A stretch of DNA of 64,000 nucleotides. Origin: Adineta vaga (Eukaryota; Animalia; Rotifera). The stretch covers positions 10,602,001 to 10,666,000 of the forward strand of contig CP075496.1 of assembly GCA_021613535.1 (NCBI GenBank), given 5' to 3'. The position numbers and the translations under genes were made by a program. The notes under the pieces were generated by a model, which was given only the letters and a program-made list of their open reading frames with translations, ran no database searches and was not told where the DNA came from. How positions within the stretch are numbered: the stretch's first letter is position 1; the number at the start of each line of letters is the position of its first letter. This document shows positions 26,801 through 46,328 of the stretch, piece by piece.

Positions 26801-27570
26801 ATATATATATAAAAATACCAGATTTGTTGTACTCGTGACCCAAAGATTAACCAACTAAAGAAATCAATGATGAAATAATCAAGAATATAAAGAATAACAT
26901 TATTCTACTTGAAATTATCAAACAAAGCGATTTCAGTTGTATTGATTGTTCTCATGTAAGATTGAACATCATATTTATCATCAGTATCAATGATTTTATC
27001 TATGTAAAAACATTCTTTTAACATAAAACTAAAGTTCACTGTTTACAAATCAAACCTGTACTACTATTCGTACAAAGATGAGTTATTTTAATCGTGTTTG
27101 AAGTAAGATAATTATATAGACTAAAAGAATGAAAAGAAAATGATTAATTGTAGGAAATATTTTCAGTTACTTTAATTGAATACATGAAGTATTTGTGGAA
27201 TTTTTTTCCAATTTAAATATAAATTCAACTTTATTTTTATAAGATGTAATTGATTTATTTGTTGACCGACAAAAAGAATCGTTGCTTTGATTGGAGATTG
27301 TATCGACTCCGAGTGTTATATAAGATAATAATAAAGTATCATTCGTAGAAAGAATAACTAAAAGAAAAATCTTAGAGATTATACATAAATGATAAACAAC
27401 AAAATCCATGTTCATTAACCTGTATAAGGTACATTCAATTCAAATATAGTTGGTAAATTTTGAATTAATATCTTATCAGATGATGGTAGTGAACATAGAG
27501 CATTTTCCAAAATCGTATTTGTTTGAACAAAAGTACAACAGAGTAATAGGATGAAAAACATTAGCCTCAT
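11807..27570 (-). CDS. RELN: Reelin-like secreted protein: signal peptide, N-terminal region, 8 reelin repeats each with a central EGF module; dozens of short exons
   Basis: Start MRLMFFILLLCC at 27570. Recurrent Asp-box/BNR motifs (DYSVDFGKNW, QYSYDNGIQW, QISTNNGILW, EFSTDYGQTW, EYSRNMGLSW, QYSFDFGSKW, EWTYDEGISW), FRW...W-x-I-D motifs, and eight EGF modules such as CSGHGWC, CSGHGLC, CHGHGMC, CHDRGLC. Ends WAIDNIRLE*. Confidence 0.85.
12738..12751. promoter_or_regulatory. Candidate RFX X-box upstream of CSPP1
   Basis: GTATCCAAGGCAAT (reverse complement ATTGCCTTGGATAC) resembles the X-box palindrome GTTNCCATGGNAAC and lies ~140 nt upstream of the ATG of a ciliary gene. Confidence 0.5.
12890..16160 (+). 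CDS. CSPP1: Centrosome and spindle pole-associated protein 1-like, nested antisense in a reelin intron
   Basis: N-terminal EIDNFIERQRSRL, central YQQELQAQMRE...YNYFGRSGGGAPMRDKDGNVIANL, coiled coils, and C-terminal NEQRLKKL...DDASLLD...DAWLK* resemble conserved CSPP1 blocks. Phase-consistent introns. Confidence 0.8.
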
Positions 27571-28413
27571 ATTCTATGAATGTATGTGAGTAGTGCCATA
27601 CGTATATTCTTCTGACAACTAGATAGACAACCGTCGTTTATATAGATAGTATAAACAATCTTGATATAAGAATCATTGTATACTTTCTGTCTTTTTTTGT
27701 ATATAATAATGTGAGAAACTTTCCTCATCTGATTTCTTAGGACGAGAAAATGCTTTTGCATATTGAATATTAATTTTGATGATATACTATTATCCAATCT
27801 GAACAATGAATTACCTTGTTGTAAACACAGAACAAGGTTTTTCTTTCATCAAATTCGAGATTCGTACGAAAAAGAGACTTTCATCATTCTACTCTTCGCA
27901 GATATGCCGTAGAACGAGATAAGGAAATGATCGAAAACACAAAGCAATCGTATGTATGTGATTGCTTATCAAAACAGATAAACATCTCTTTTATACCAAC
28001 ACTGTATATCAGAACATTATTTATAAATTGCATGTCTTTTGAAGTATAATTAAGATTTGATAAAAATAAGAGAAAACGGCGAACTGATTACTTAGCTTAG
28101 AAGAAATTTTTTTTTCTTCATGCCGCATCTTGATATGTTAGTAAACAATGCAAAGCAAATATATCTCCATATTGCATAGTATCATGAGAATGTTGATGAA
28201 AAGTAAGAGAATTATCTCACAGTTGCTCAAAGTTAATATACATATATAATATATAGGGTGAAAAAGCGGACACAAAGAAAAGAATAGCGCTATGTAAGCA
28301 AAAGATATATATATATATATATAAGTTCAGTGAAAGTTATATTAATATAGAATTGAGAAAGATAGAAGGGCCACTATTGATCCTTAGTACATAACATTAG
28401 ATATTTTTGAGTT

Positions 28414-29284
28414 ATGACTACAACAGCAGATAATCAAGCCGGCGCAGTGAATCCATCGGTAAAAATGATAAAATATATCCTATAATATGATTAATGATGA
28501 ATCTTTTTATTTTTAGACTACTGCAACTATTGTTTCAGGACGATTTCAAGATAAAACTACGATTGTAACGGGTGCTGGATCAGGTATAGGTCAAGCTGTT
28601 GTTATACGTCTTGTTGCTGAAGGTGCATTCGTTCTTGGTATTGATGTTAATGAAACTGGTTTAAAGCAAACTGCGCTATTAACATCACAACCAGATCGTG
28701 TATCAATTGCTGTCGTATCCGTTACAGATGAACAACAGATCACGGAAAAAGTGAACGAATATATTACACGCCAAGGTGGTCTTGATGCTCTTATTAATAT
28801 GGCTGGTATTATTCGTGCAACATTAGCAACAGAAACAACACTAGAACAACTTCGATCAATTATTGATACTAATTTAGTTGGTACATATTTGTTGTGTCGT
28901 GTATGTCTTCCTCATCTTTTAAAAATGGAAGGTAATATTATTAATACAGCATCAACAGCTGGTCTTCATGGACATCCTTATATGGTAGCATATGCAGCGA
29001 GTAAAGGAGCTGTAATTGCATTGACCCAATCTCTTGCACGAGAATATATTTGTCAAGGAGTACGCGTTAATGCAATAGCACCAGGTGGTATTGTTACTCC
29101 ATTAATTGCTAATATTCAATTTCCACCCAATATAGATCCAAGTCTACTCGCTAATTTACAGTTACCTGAGAGACGAATGGGTCAACCAGCAGAAGTAGCA
29201 GCTGTCGTAGCGATGCTTGCTTCTCAAGATGGTTCATTCATTAATGGCGAAATCATTCGTATTGATGGCGGTTGTCATGCTTAA
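28414..29284 (+). CDS. Classical short-chain dehydrogenase/reductase (SDR), 2 exons
   Basis: Short first exon, then an uninterrupted core with TGAGSGIG, NMAG, YAASKG catalytic motif, VRVNAIAPG and IDGG. Confidence 0.92.
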
Positions 29285-29582
29285 TCGATTATTTTATACA
29301 AACAAAACTCTAATTATATAAACTATATTTGATTACTAATAATTTAGATTTTTTAATATAGTACTTTTTTCATTTACTAATTGTAATAATCAAATTTAAC
29401 GTAACTCAAATACGTGTGTTTCTCAAACATCAATTTGTAGATGAAGAGAGAAGAATGTTATTTTGTTCATTTTTCCACATGTAAACTTGTTTTTCCTCAG
29501 AATAACAAAGAGATGTATGTAAAAAAAAGAACACAAAAAAAATTTCAAGACAACACGAAAAATGAGTACTTTATCTCGTCAA

Positions 29583-30514
29583 TTAAGCACTAGTAATTGG
29601 TTTGAATCGTTCAGCACGTTTTGCTTTTTGTTCCTAGAAATATAGAAGTTAAAATAACGAGAAGAAATCAATTGATAATCTACGTACGTTCATCGTATTT
29701 GATTTTGCCACTTGTGATACATCACCAAATCGTTCCGTTCGTTTTTTAATTTCTTCCGTTAAAACTGGAGTTGATGGAGCAGATTTTCCATTGACTTTTT
29801 GCTTTGTCGACTGAAAAATTCATTCGATTTCAATTAGTTATCAAAGATGAGTTTTATCTTACTGTGGATGGTGTAACGACGCCAAAACGATCGATACGTT
29901 TTTGTTTGCTTTCTTCATCCACCACAGGTGAAGGACTATTTGTATGGAAACGTTCACCTCTTTGACGTTTTTTATTTTGTTCATCTTCCTAAATTTATAT
30001 TTCAAATTGAACAAATTTAAAATACTGATATTGAGACTTACTGCTGAAACTGGAGCAGCACCAACCGAATCTTTCTAAACGTCGTTTTTTAGCTGTTTCA
30101 TCAATGGCTTCCTATGAGAACAGAGAAATAGTCTTCGTTTATCTACAAATTGTTGTTTATTTACATGTGGTGTACCAAAACGTAAAGCACGAGAAATTTT
30201 CTTTGCTTCAGGTGCAATTTTTCCAAAACGTTCAAGACGCTGTTGAAATCGCTAGGAAAATAAACGAATCAATCATTCTCTAAGTTTCAGATATAAAACT
30301 TACATCTGCTGCAGCTACTTCTTCGGTTCCATTCTCAGCAGGAATATCACCAGTATCTACTTCGAATTCACTAAAAAAAAAGAAAACAAAAATATAGAAG
30401 TTAATTTTGAATAGACAATCAATTATTATACGTTAGATTCTCTGCAAGTTCTTTTGTATTTTCTGCAGGATCGACTGTTAATCCTGTACCAGCAATTTCA
30501 GTAGTAGAAGCCAT
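29583..30514 (-). CDS. SARNP/CIP29/Tho1/MOS11-like mRNA export factor, without SAP domain; apparent 1-nt frameshift near 30063
   Basis: Seven short exons with repeated R-x-x-RF(G) motifs (RLERFG, RALRFG, RGERF, RIDRFG, RTERFG, RAERF) typical of the Tho1/MOS11 C-terminal region. Confidence 0.75.
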
Positions 30515-30716
30515 TTTAGAAAATATTTCAGTAGTACTACCAATAGATTGTAATGGAAGGGTGTGGAAAGAAAGACATGCATCATACTGTCAATGCGCAC
30601 CAATGAGAAAATTCGATGGTAAATAATGATTCGTTTATTATTAACCAATTAGTTATCGAGAAAACTTTGATGAGGAAGAGGAAGAACAGTTTGGTATATT
30701 TTACATAACTTCAAAA
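30515..30716. promoter_or_regulatory. ~200 nt bidirectional promoter with three CCAAT boxes
   Basis: Divergent ATGs at 30514 (-) and 30717 (+). CCAAT occurs at ~30540, ~30600 and ~30645. Confidence 0.6.
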
Positions 30717-31265
30717 ATGAAAAAACGACATAAATCTAAAGCAGTTCAATTAGCAGCAGAACGTGATATTGAACTCTACGTTCGACTGTAAGTGTATTTA
30801 ATATTTAAATACAAAAATAGTTTATTTTATAATCGAATTCTAGAGAATTTGATGATCAAATTGTTGTTGAAGAATATCTTCTACGAAATGCAATTGAACG
30901 ATCAATTAATACACTTTTCGGCGAAGTAAGATTCTTTGTTAGTTTCATTATGTATCACAATTTGTTTCTTTCTCAGATCGGTAGTCAATCGATTAATGTA
31001 GAAATTGTATCATATCGATATGGAACAGCAACGATTCGTACCAAAGTCAAGTAGATTGATCAATAAGATTTTCTTCTATCGAAAGAAAAATAAATGATTT
31101 TTATATTATAGAATGATGAATCAACTTCGTTGTGCATTAGCATTTTATGGAATGCATGAAAAACGTGAATGTGCTTTTCGTGTTGATTTGAAATCAGAAG
31201 AAAATAATGATGATAAAGATGATGATGATGATAATGAGAGATCACTGGAAATGTCAATGGATTAA
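30717..31265 (+). CDS. Rpp14/Pop5-family RNase P/MRP subunit-like protein (4 exons)
   Basis: Spliced product has LYVRLEF...LRNAIERSINTLFGEIGS...VEIV...ATIR...LRCALAF...FRV, the Rpp14/Pop5 pattern, plus an acidic tail. Confidence 0.7.
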
Positions 31266-31303
31266 TTCATTTCTTTTTGTTTTTGTTATTTCAGATAAAT
31301 GCC

Positions 31304-32771
31304 ATGTGGAAACATTTTAAATTCGATCCTCATTCAATTAATTTATCGTGTCACACAGATGTGAAATTCAATGAAGTAATAGCATCTCATATAACGAATC
31401 CATCGATCTTTAATCTTACTTTCTAAATAGTTCGATCAATTATTACGAACAGAATGGGATCGTGCTTCAACTCAAGGTTTATTTACATTTGAAATCGGTG
31501 ATCAAATTAAACAACGTGTACTTGATGGTGATCTTCATTATATAGTCGAAGTAATTTCTTTTATTTATTGTTTTGTAAGATAAAATATTCTCGATCATTT
31601 CATTTGTCTATATAGTTAAATCCAAGTCGATATGAAAAACGTCGAATGCCATATGCATTTGAAAATGTGAATACACCATTTGATAGAAATAAATTTAATT
31701 TTAATAAAATCAAAGACGGAGAGGTAAATCGAAAGATATAACAATAACTTGTGGTTATAAATAGATAGATATATACTATTGATTTTTAGATTCTGTTTTC
31801 TTTAGATGATGAACAACAAACTGATAAACATTTAGTTATCATTAATAATTCACCTATTCGTTCTTATCATGTATTACTTGTAGTAGATCGTCAACGTGAA
31901 CAAATACAAGTAATAAATAGATAATTGCTGATGAAAATAAAACAACTATATTGTTTTGTTTAATTAATGAACAGATTTTAACAGTTGATAGTATCTTATT
32001 TGGACTTCGCTTTGTTGCATCAAGTGCTCATCCATTTCTCTACGCTGGTTTCAATTCTCTCTGTGGTTATGCATCAATTAATCATGTAAAAATTGATTCA
32101 ATTTCGAAATAGAACTATATATTTGGTCGTCATTTAGCTTCATCTTCATGGAATATATATGCCAGATCGTTTATTTCTTCAAACAATTGTAAATATGATT
32201 CATTCGATATACTATCCTCTTATAAATATAGTTTTAGAAATGTTCACTATTTCATTCGAAATCAAATTGTTATCTACATGATGTGTTCGATACACAAGCA
32301 TTTGCATTTGAAATCAAACATATTAGTGAACTCGATAGAATCGCTCGGTAAGAATTTTCATGTTGCATATCTAATCAAAGTTAAATATGTAGGTATATTC
32401 ATACCGTAACAACTTATTTTGCTTCATCGAGCATTGCACATAATCTATCGATTGTTAAAGGTGATTCATTTTCCGATGGATCACAACCAGCATTACGAAT
32501 TTTTATCTGGTTTCGTCAACCAAATATCGGAGTGAAATCAGTCGATCGATGTAATCTTGCTTGTCTGGAAATGTCAGGTTATGTCTTTCTTCGATGTAAG
32601 TTAAATGTCTACCAGATGAAATCATTTCAAGAATTTTATTTAGATGAAAACGTGTTTGATGATATAACTGAAACGGAATTACGTCAAAGTATTAATGCAT
32701 TGGCTTTATCATTAGAAGAACAACAAAAAATTAAAAACGATATTAAAACGCTATTAGATCAAGAAAAATAA
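31304..32771 (+). CDS. GDPGP1: GDP-D-glucose phosphorylase (GDPGP1/VTC2 HIT family), ~9 exons
   Basis: FDQLLRTEWDRA..QGLF, LNPSR, PFDRNKFNFNKI, IINNSPI, GFNSLCGYASINHLHLHG (HIT motif), NLACLEMSG. Confidence 0.9.
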
Positions 32772-32927
32772 ATACATATCGATTATTACTCAAGTAAATC
32801 TCGATTTTTGATAAAAAAGAAAAGGTGATCTTCAGTGAATGTTTAATTCCATTTTATGATAGTATCTGATGTTTATTTTTTTGCAAAAAACAAAAAAGAA
32901 ATAAAGTTTTCTATTTTTTTTTCAGAT

Positions 32928-33647
32928 ATGCTTTCATCATTTATTCTTCGTCGTTTGACATCACTTACACAACCACATTTCTATTCATTTTCCACTTCCG
33001 TTGTTCTTGGAAAAGGAAAAGATGCCGGTGGTGGACAATCAAAAGGAACAAAACGTGTTCTATCTGATTCTGACTTAGCTGCCTCATCAAACGATTGGTC
33101 AGCATTAAAAACTCAATATGATAAATTATTAGTTGAACTTCATGAACTTTATTCAAAACAAATTCAATTGCGAACATCATCGTTAGCATTCGAAGAATTA
33201 TCTGTTACTCTTCCACCGAATAAGAAAAGTCATCAATTGAAAGAATTAACACAAATTATTCAAAAATCACCTCAAATGTTTATGATCGACATGGCACGTC
33301 ATGCTCAATATATTCCCAATGTTCTTGAAGCTATTCAAAAATCTGGTCTCAATGTTAATCCTCAACAAGATGGTACAACACTTTATTTACCTACACCAAA
33401 AGTAACTCGTGAACATCGTGAGGAATTAGCTAAAAATGCAAAGAAATTAGCCGATCAAATCATTGTCAAAATGCGTGAAGCTTATTCAAAAGCACATCGA
33501 AATATAAAAAAACAAGAGAAAACTTTAAGTCGAGATTTAGTTGCTGATTTAGATACAAATTTAAAACGTCGACTTGATGGCTACATTACACAAGTAGAAA
33601 AAATTCGAGCAGAAAAACAAAAAGAATTGTTAAATTCAACATTTTGA
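32928..33647 (+). CDS. MRRF: Mitochondrial ribosome recycling factor (intronless)
   Basis: Ser/Arg-rich presequence-like N-terminus; AIQKSGLNVNPQQDGT...PKVTREHREELAKNAK and KQKELL are RRF signatures. Confidence 0.92.
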   Translation: MLSSFILRRLTSLTQPHFYSFSTSVVLGKGKDAGGGQSKGTKRVLSDSDLAASSNDWSALKTQYDKLLVELHELYSKQIQLRTSSLAFEELSVTLPPNKKSHQLKELTQIIQKSPQMFMIDMARHAQYIPNVLEAIQKSGLNVNPQQDGTTLYLPTPKVTREHREELAKNAKKLADQIIVKMREAYSKAHRNIKKQEKTLSRDLVADLDTNLKRRLDGYITQVEKIRAEKQKELLNSTF

Positions 33648-34296
33648 ATTTATTGAATAAAGTTCTAGTATTAAATACTCATAGTTATTTATGTTAGCTT
33701 TGAAATATTTCAAAAAGATTTCGTTGTATTTGCATATTATTTTGTTGAAAGAAGACATGTGATGTTTTTTTGTTCGATAAATGTTAATGGGTGACAAACT
33801 GATCTATTTAACCTATAAAAATGACGTATTTTATTAAAATAGATAGAACGATTTTACAGGATTCAAAAGTGAGCAATGGATAGTTCTCAGTGTTGAGAGC
33901 ACAGATATTGCATACTATTCTAACAATGCTTTATCGGCATCAGCAATCATTTTTTTTCTTCCTACAAAGACAAATTCGCTCGTTTAAACCATCTTACAAC
34001 TCTTACATAAATCTACTATCTAAAAGTTTAGATTTCATATCTTTGTTCTCTTTTGTTGTCTATGCTATATCGAATACTTTAACAAGCCCAGAAAAACAAC
34101 TGAATCTTTTCATGTTATCTTGTCTTCTCTTTTTCTTCAAACATCAACGACGAGACAAAGGATAATATATAAAACAATAACATTCGTTAATCCATCGTTA
34201 GAAATCAATTGTGTATCGTCTCGCAATAGATTAATTGTATGTGAATACTATTATCTATCATTACAATTCTACTGTTGAAGAAAGAAAAATTTCATT

Positions 34297-36052
34297 ATGA
34301 CATCAGTTATTTCCGATATTGAACTTAAATCTCAACTGGATCGAACTATAATTGATAATAAGATAACAAATGGATCAGCAGCAAAGAAAAGATTTCGCTT
34401 TCATACTTACAAAAATTTACTTATTCTTTGTCTGGCATTTCTTCTTCAATTTACTGCATTTGGAGCAATGGGTAATTTACAAAGTTCATTAAATACTGAA
34501 GCAAATGTTGGTGTGAATTCTCTCTCTATTATTTATGCTTGTTTGGTTTTTTCATCTATCTTTTTACCGCATCCTTTAATAGCTATACTCGGTCTAAAAT
34601 GGACTCTTGTCCTCTGCCAAATACCGTATGTATTATGGGAAATTGATTGATTTGATGGTAAACATTTTGTTTTCAGTTATCTTTTATATATTGCAGCGAA
34701 TTACTATCCAAAAGCATATCTTATGTATCCAGGTACAAGATAATTATCGATGGATTTTCTATGCATCGTTTTGTTTCTATTTAGCTGCAGCATTGGTTGG
34801 ATTAGCTGCTGCACCATTATGGACATCCAAGTGTAGTTATTTAACTGAGACAGGTGCAATCTATGCAGACATGAAACATGTTCATAAAGACGTGATTGTA
34901 AATCGATTTTTTGGTCTCTTCTTCATGTTCTTTCAATCAAGTAAGTTGTCTTTGGGTATCTTCTTTTTTTTTCATGTCAATTCTATTTCTTAAGGTCAAG
35001 TTTGGGGAAATTTAATTTCGTATCTTGTTCTTAAACCAAAGGAAAAAGAAAATAATGAAACATTATCTATGGACGTAAAAATCTATGATAAATGTGGAGC
35101 AGATTTTAGTGAAAAAGAATATAGAGGTGCTGAAGTTATCAATCAAATTGACCGAAAGACAGTAAGAATTGAACTATGTGATTCTTTTCTCTGTTTGTTT
35201 GCATTTTAGATTGATATTCTTTGTATTATTTACATTTGTATTTGTATTTGTTCGATATTGATTGTAATTATATTCCTTAATCAACGTCGCAAAACATCAC
35301 GAAGTAAAATTATAGATTTCAAAAATATCATGACAAGAATATCGATCATTTAGATAAAGTTTCTGTAATGCTTTGTGATTCAATTCGTTTATTGATTTCA
35401 ACGATACGACAAATGAAAAATATTAATCAATTGTTACTTATACCATTAACTATTTGGTCGGGTCTAGAACAATCCTTTCTTAGTGCACAATTTACTAAAG
35501 TAATTTTCATTTTTTATCGATAAAATAACATTGAATTGATGAGAATTTTTCTATTAGGGTTTTGTTTCTTGTACATTGAATGCTAAATACGTTGGACTTG
35601 TATTAATTGCTTATGGTATTTGTGATTCAATTGGTAGTCTTAGTTTTGGTCAAATAGTTAAATATTTCGGTCGATGGCCATGTTTTGTTCTTGCTGCAAT
35701 TATAAATTATTCTCTAATAATCACAATGTTTATATGGAAACCAAGTGAAAATACAATTGCTATTCTATTTGTTCTTGCTGGTTTATGGGGTTTATCAGAT
35801 GCTGTATGGCAAACACAAATAAATGCATTTTATGGTGTTTTATTTGTTGAAAATAGTGAAGCTGCTTTTTCGAATTATCGCCTATGGGAATCGATAGGTT
35901 TCGTTTTATTCTATATTATTACACCTTATATTCGTATACGAATAGCATTGATTATTTTATTGATCTTTTTATCATTGGGAATGTTTGGTTATGGTTTAAC
36001 TGAATATCGTTGGAAGATGAATGCAAAAAAAGTTCAAGCTATTTCATCATAA
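34297..36052 (+). CDS. UNC-93-like MFS membrane protein (UNC93A family)
   Basis: AFLLQFTAF...NLQSSLN, AAPLWTSKCSYLT, FFGLFFMFFQSSQVWGNLIS, DAVWQTQINAFYG, AAFSNYRLWESIGF. Confidence 0.93.
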
Positions 36053-36112
36053 ATGAATTTTTATCAAAATAAAAGCTTTTAGAAATTCTATAAATCAAAC
36101 GAATAGTTTTAT

Positions 36113-41765
<5,653 letters not shown>

Positions 41766-41885
41766 CTTGAAAAAAGGATCTTTTTTGCAATGAAATAAGC
41801 AACAAATGAGAAAGGAATTATTTAGAAAAGAAGAATATTTTATTTAGAAAAATTATATGTACAAGATAATTCGAAAACAAATGAT

Positions 41886-43129
41886 TTAAGTCGAAAGAAG
41901 TGAAGTGGATCTTTCAGTTCCATTCTCATCTTCGCCAAAATAAAAAACACCTTGTAAATTAAGTAAACATTCAGCTGCTTTGTGTAACTCTTCGAATGTA
42001 TTTGGATCTACATAATTTCAGAAAAGATATTTAACAAAATGATTGAAAGTATTATGAAAAGAACTGACCAATTAAAGCTAATTCAGCAGCATCACCATCA
42101 ATTAATCGACTATCTGGAATCTGTAAATCTTCGAGTAAATTATTTGATTCTGAAATATTAAAAGAATAGTTAATATATATCTATTTGACTTGTGAATTTC
42201 ACATACCATCTATAGAAGATGATAATGATTCATTTGGTATTTTATCTAAGGAGAAAATATAATCTATGTAATTTTACCTAACACAAAAGGAAATAATACC
42301 TGTTTCGTTTTGATTATCACCATCTACAATTAATACTTGACTAATCAATTTATCTATAAAATCATTTCATTGATTTCAATTTTTTCTCTTTTTCTTTCAA
42401 ACTTACTTTGTTCGTCAAGTGCTTGAGTGTCAATTGTCCAATTTTTCTTATTATTATCTTTATTTTGTTGATGTCGACTAGTTTTCAAATGCTTCATTAA
42501 ATTACTATATGATTTAAATTTCATCTGACATATATTACAAATATATGGCCGAACATCAGCATGAAGACGTACATGACGACGCATATTACGTATTGACCAA
42601 CATCGACATCCACAAAGAGTACATGTATAACTTCAAAGTAAAAAGATTATCAAAGAATAAATCATTTGAAAATGAATTTTACCTTGTAGTATTCTTTTCT
42701 TTGTGTTGATTTCGATGTATAACAATCTGTTCGTTTGATGTTAGATCCGTTTGTAGAAGAGAAGAAGATGGTTGAGAAGGTGATGATATAGGAATTATTG
42801 GTAATGGAAGACTTAATGGTTTACATCGTTGGATAGAACTTGTAATTTTTCCATTGGTGATTGTTGTACAACGAGATGAAGATATTTTCATTGCACGTTT
42901 TAAATGTGAAAGACGTTTTCCATGTTGATATAATGCACTACTCGAACGAAATTGTCTTTGACATAAATTACATCGAAACTGATTAGGATTCTGAAATATA
43001 TATTATTAAATCAAATTTGACTTAAAGAAATGAAATGATTTAAGGCAATTTACTTACAGATGTATGATTTGTTACTTGTAAACAATCATTATTCGTTGTT
43101 GTATTCATGATTTGTACAAATTTCGACAT
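41886..43129 (-). CDS. Small C2H2 zinc-finger protein, Schnurri/HIVEP-like finger pair
   Basis: FRCNLC..HGKRLSH single finger, then YTCTLCGCRC...HVRLHADVRPYICNIC...NLMKHLKTSRH pair; C-terminal AAECLLNL. Confidence 0.78.
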
Positions 43130-43413
43130 AAAAAAGTATCTACGTAAAAAACAACATCAGTTCAATGCTTACGGTTGCGATTATTTTGAACCGTTCAGTT
43201 TCGGTTTCTGAAGAAAAAGAGATTTTTTGATATAGTGTAATAGAATTTCTTTTTGTGATTTTGTTTTCTTTTATTAATCGCAAAAAAAATATCTAATCGG
43301 TACCAAAGAGCAAAAAGAAAACAGTTCATTTGCCTACACATAGAAAAAAGAAAACGAACGGGAGAATAGTCATTTCAAAAAGAACTGAAAAACAAAAATA
43401 AACTAATCATTGA

Positions 43414-43829
43414 TTATTCCCATTTAGCGAGAATATCAGCCTCTTTAAAGATGAAATATTCTTTATTTTCAATTTCAACCTTAGTACCACCATATTCTGG
43501 CAACAAAACTTTATCACCGGTTTGCACACTCACAGGAACTTGAGTACCATCCTAAAAAACAAAGAAACAAATCATTGATTGAAACGAACATTTATGAAAT
43601 TAACCTACTTTTTGTCTAAGACCTTTGCCTACAGCAATAACAGTAGCATGGAGAACTTTACCAATGGATTTTTCTGGGATATGTATGCCACCTTTCGTTG
43701 TTGTTTCCTTAGCAAATCGTTCGACAAGTACACGATCAAATAAAGGAAGAATACGTTTCAATGATGATGCCTTTTGGTAGAAAATTTTCAAAATCTTGTT
43801 TATTTTATCTTTCTTATCCTACTTACCAT
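43414..43829 (-). CDS. HSPE1: Mitochondrial 10 kDa chaperonin (HSP10)
   Basis: First coding exon is ATG only; then ASSLKRILPLFDRVLVER...TKGGI..PE...VLLPEYGGTKV...DILAKWE*. Confidence 0.96.
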
Positions 43830-46328
<2,499 letters not shown>

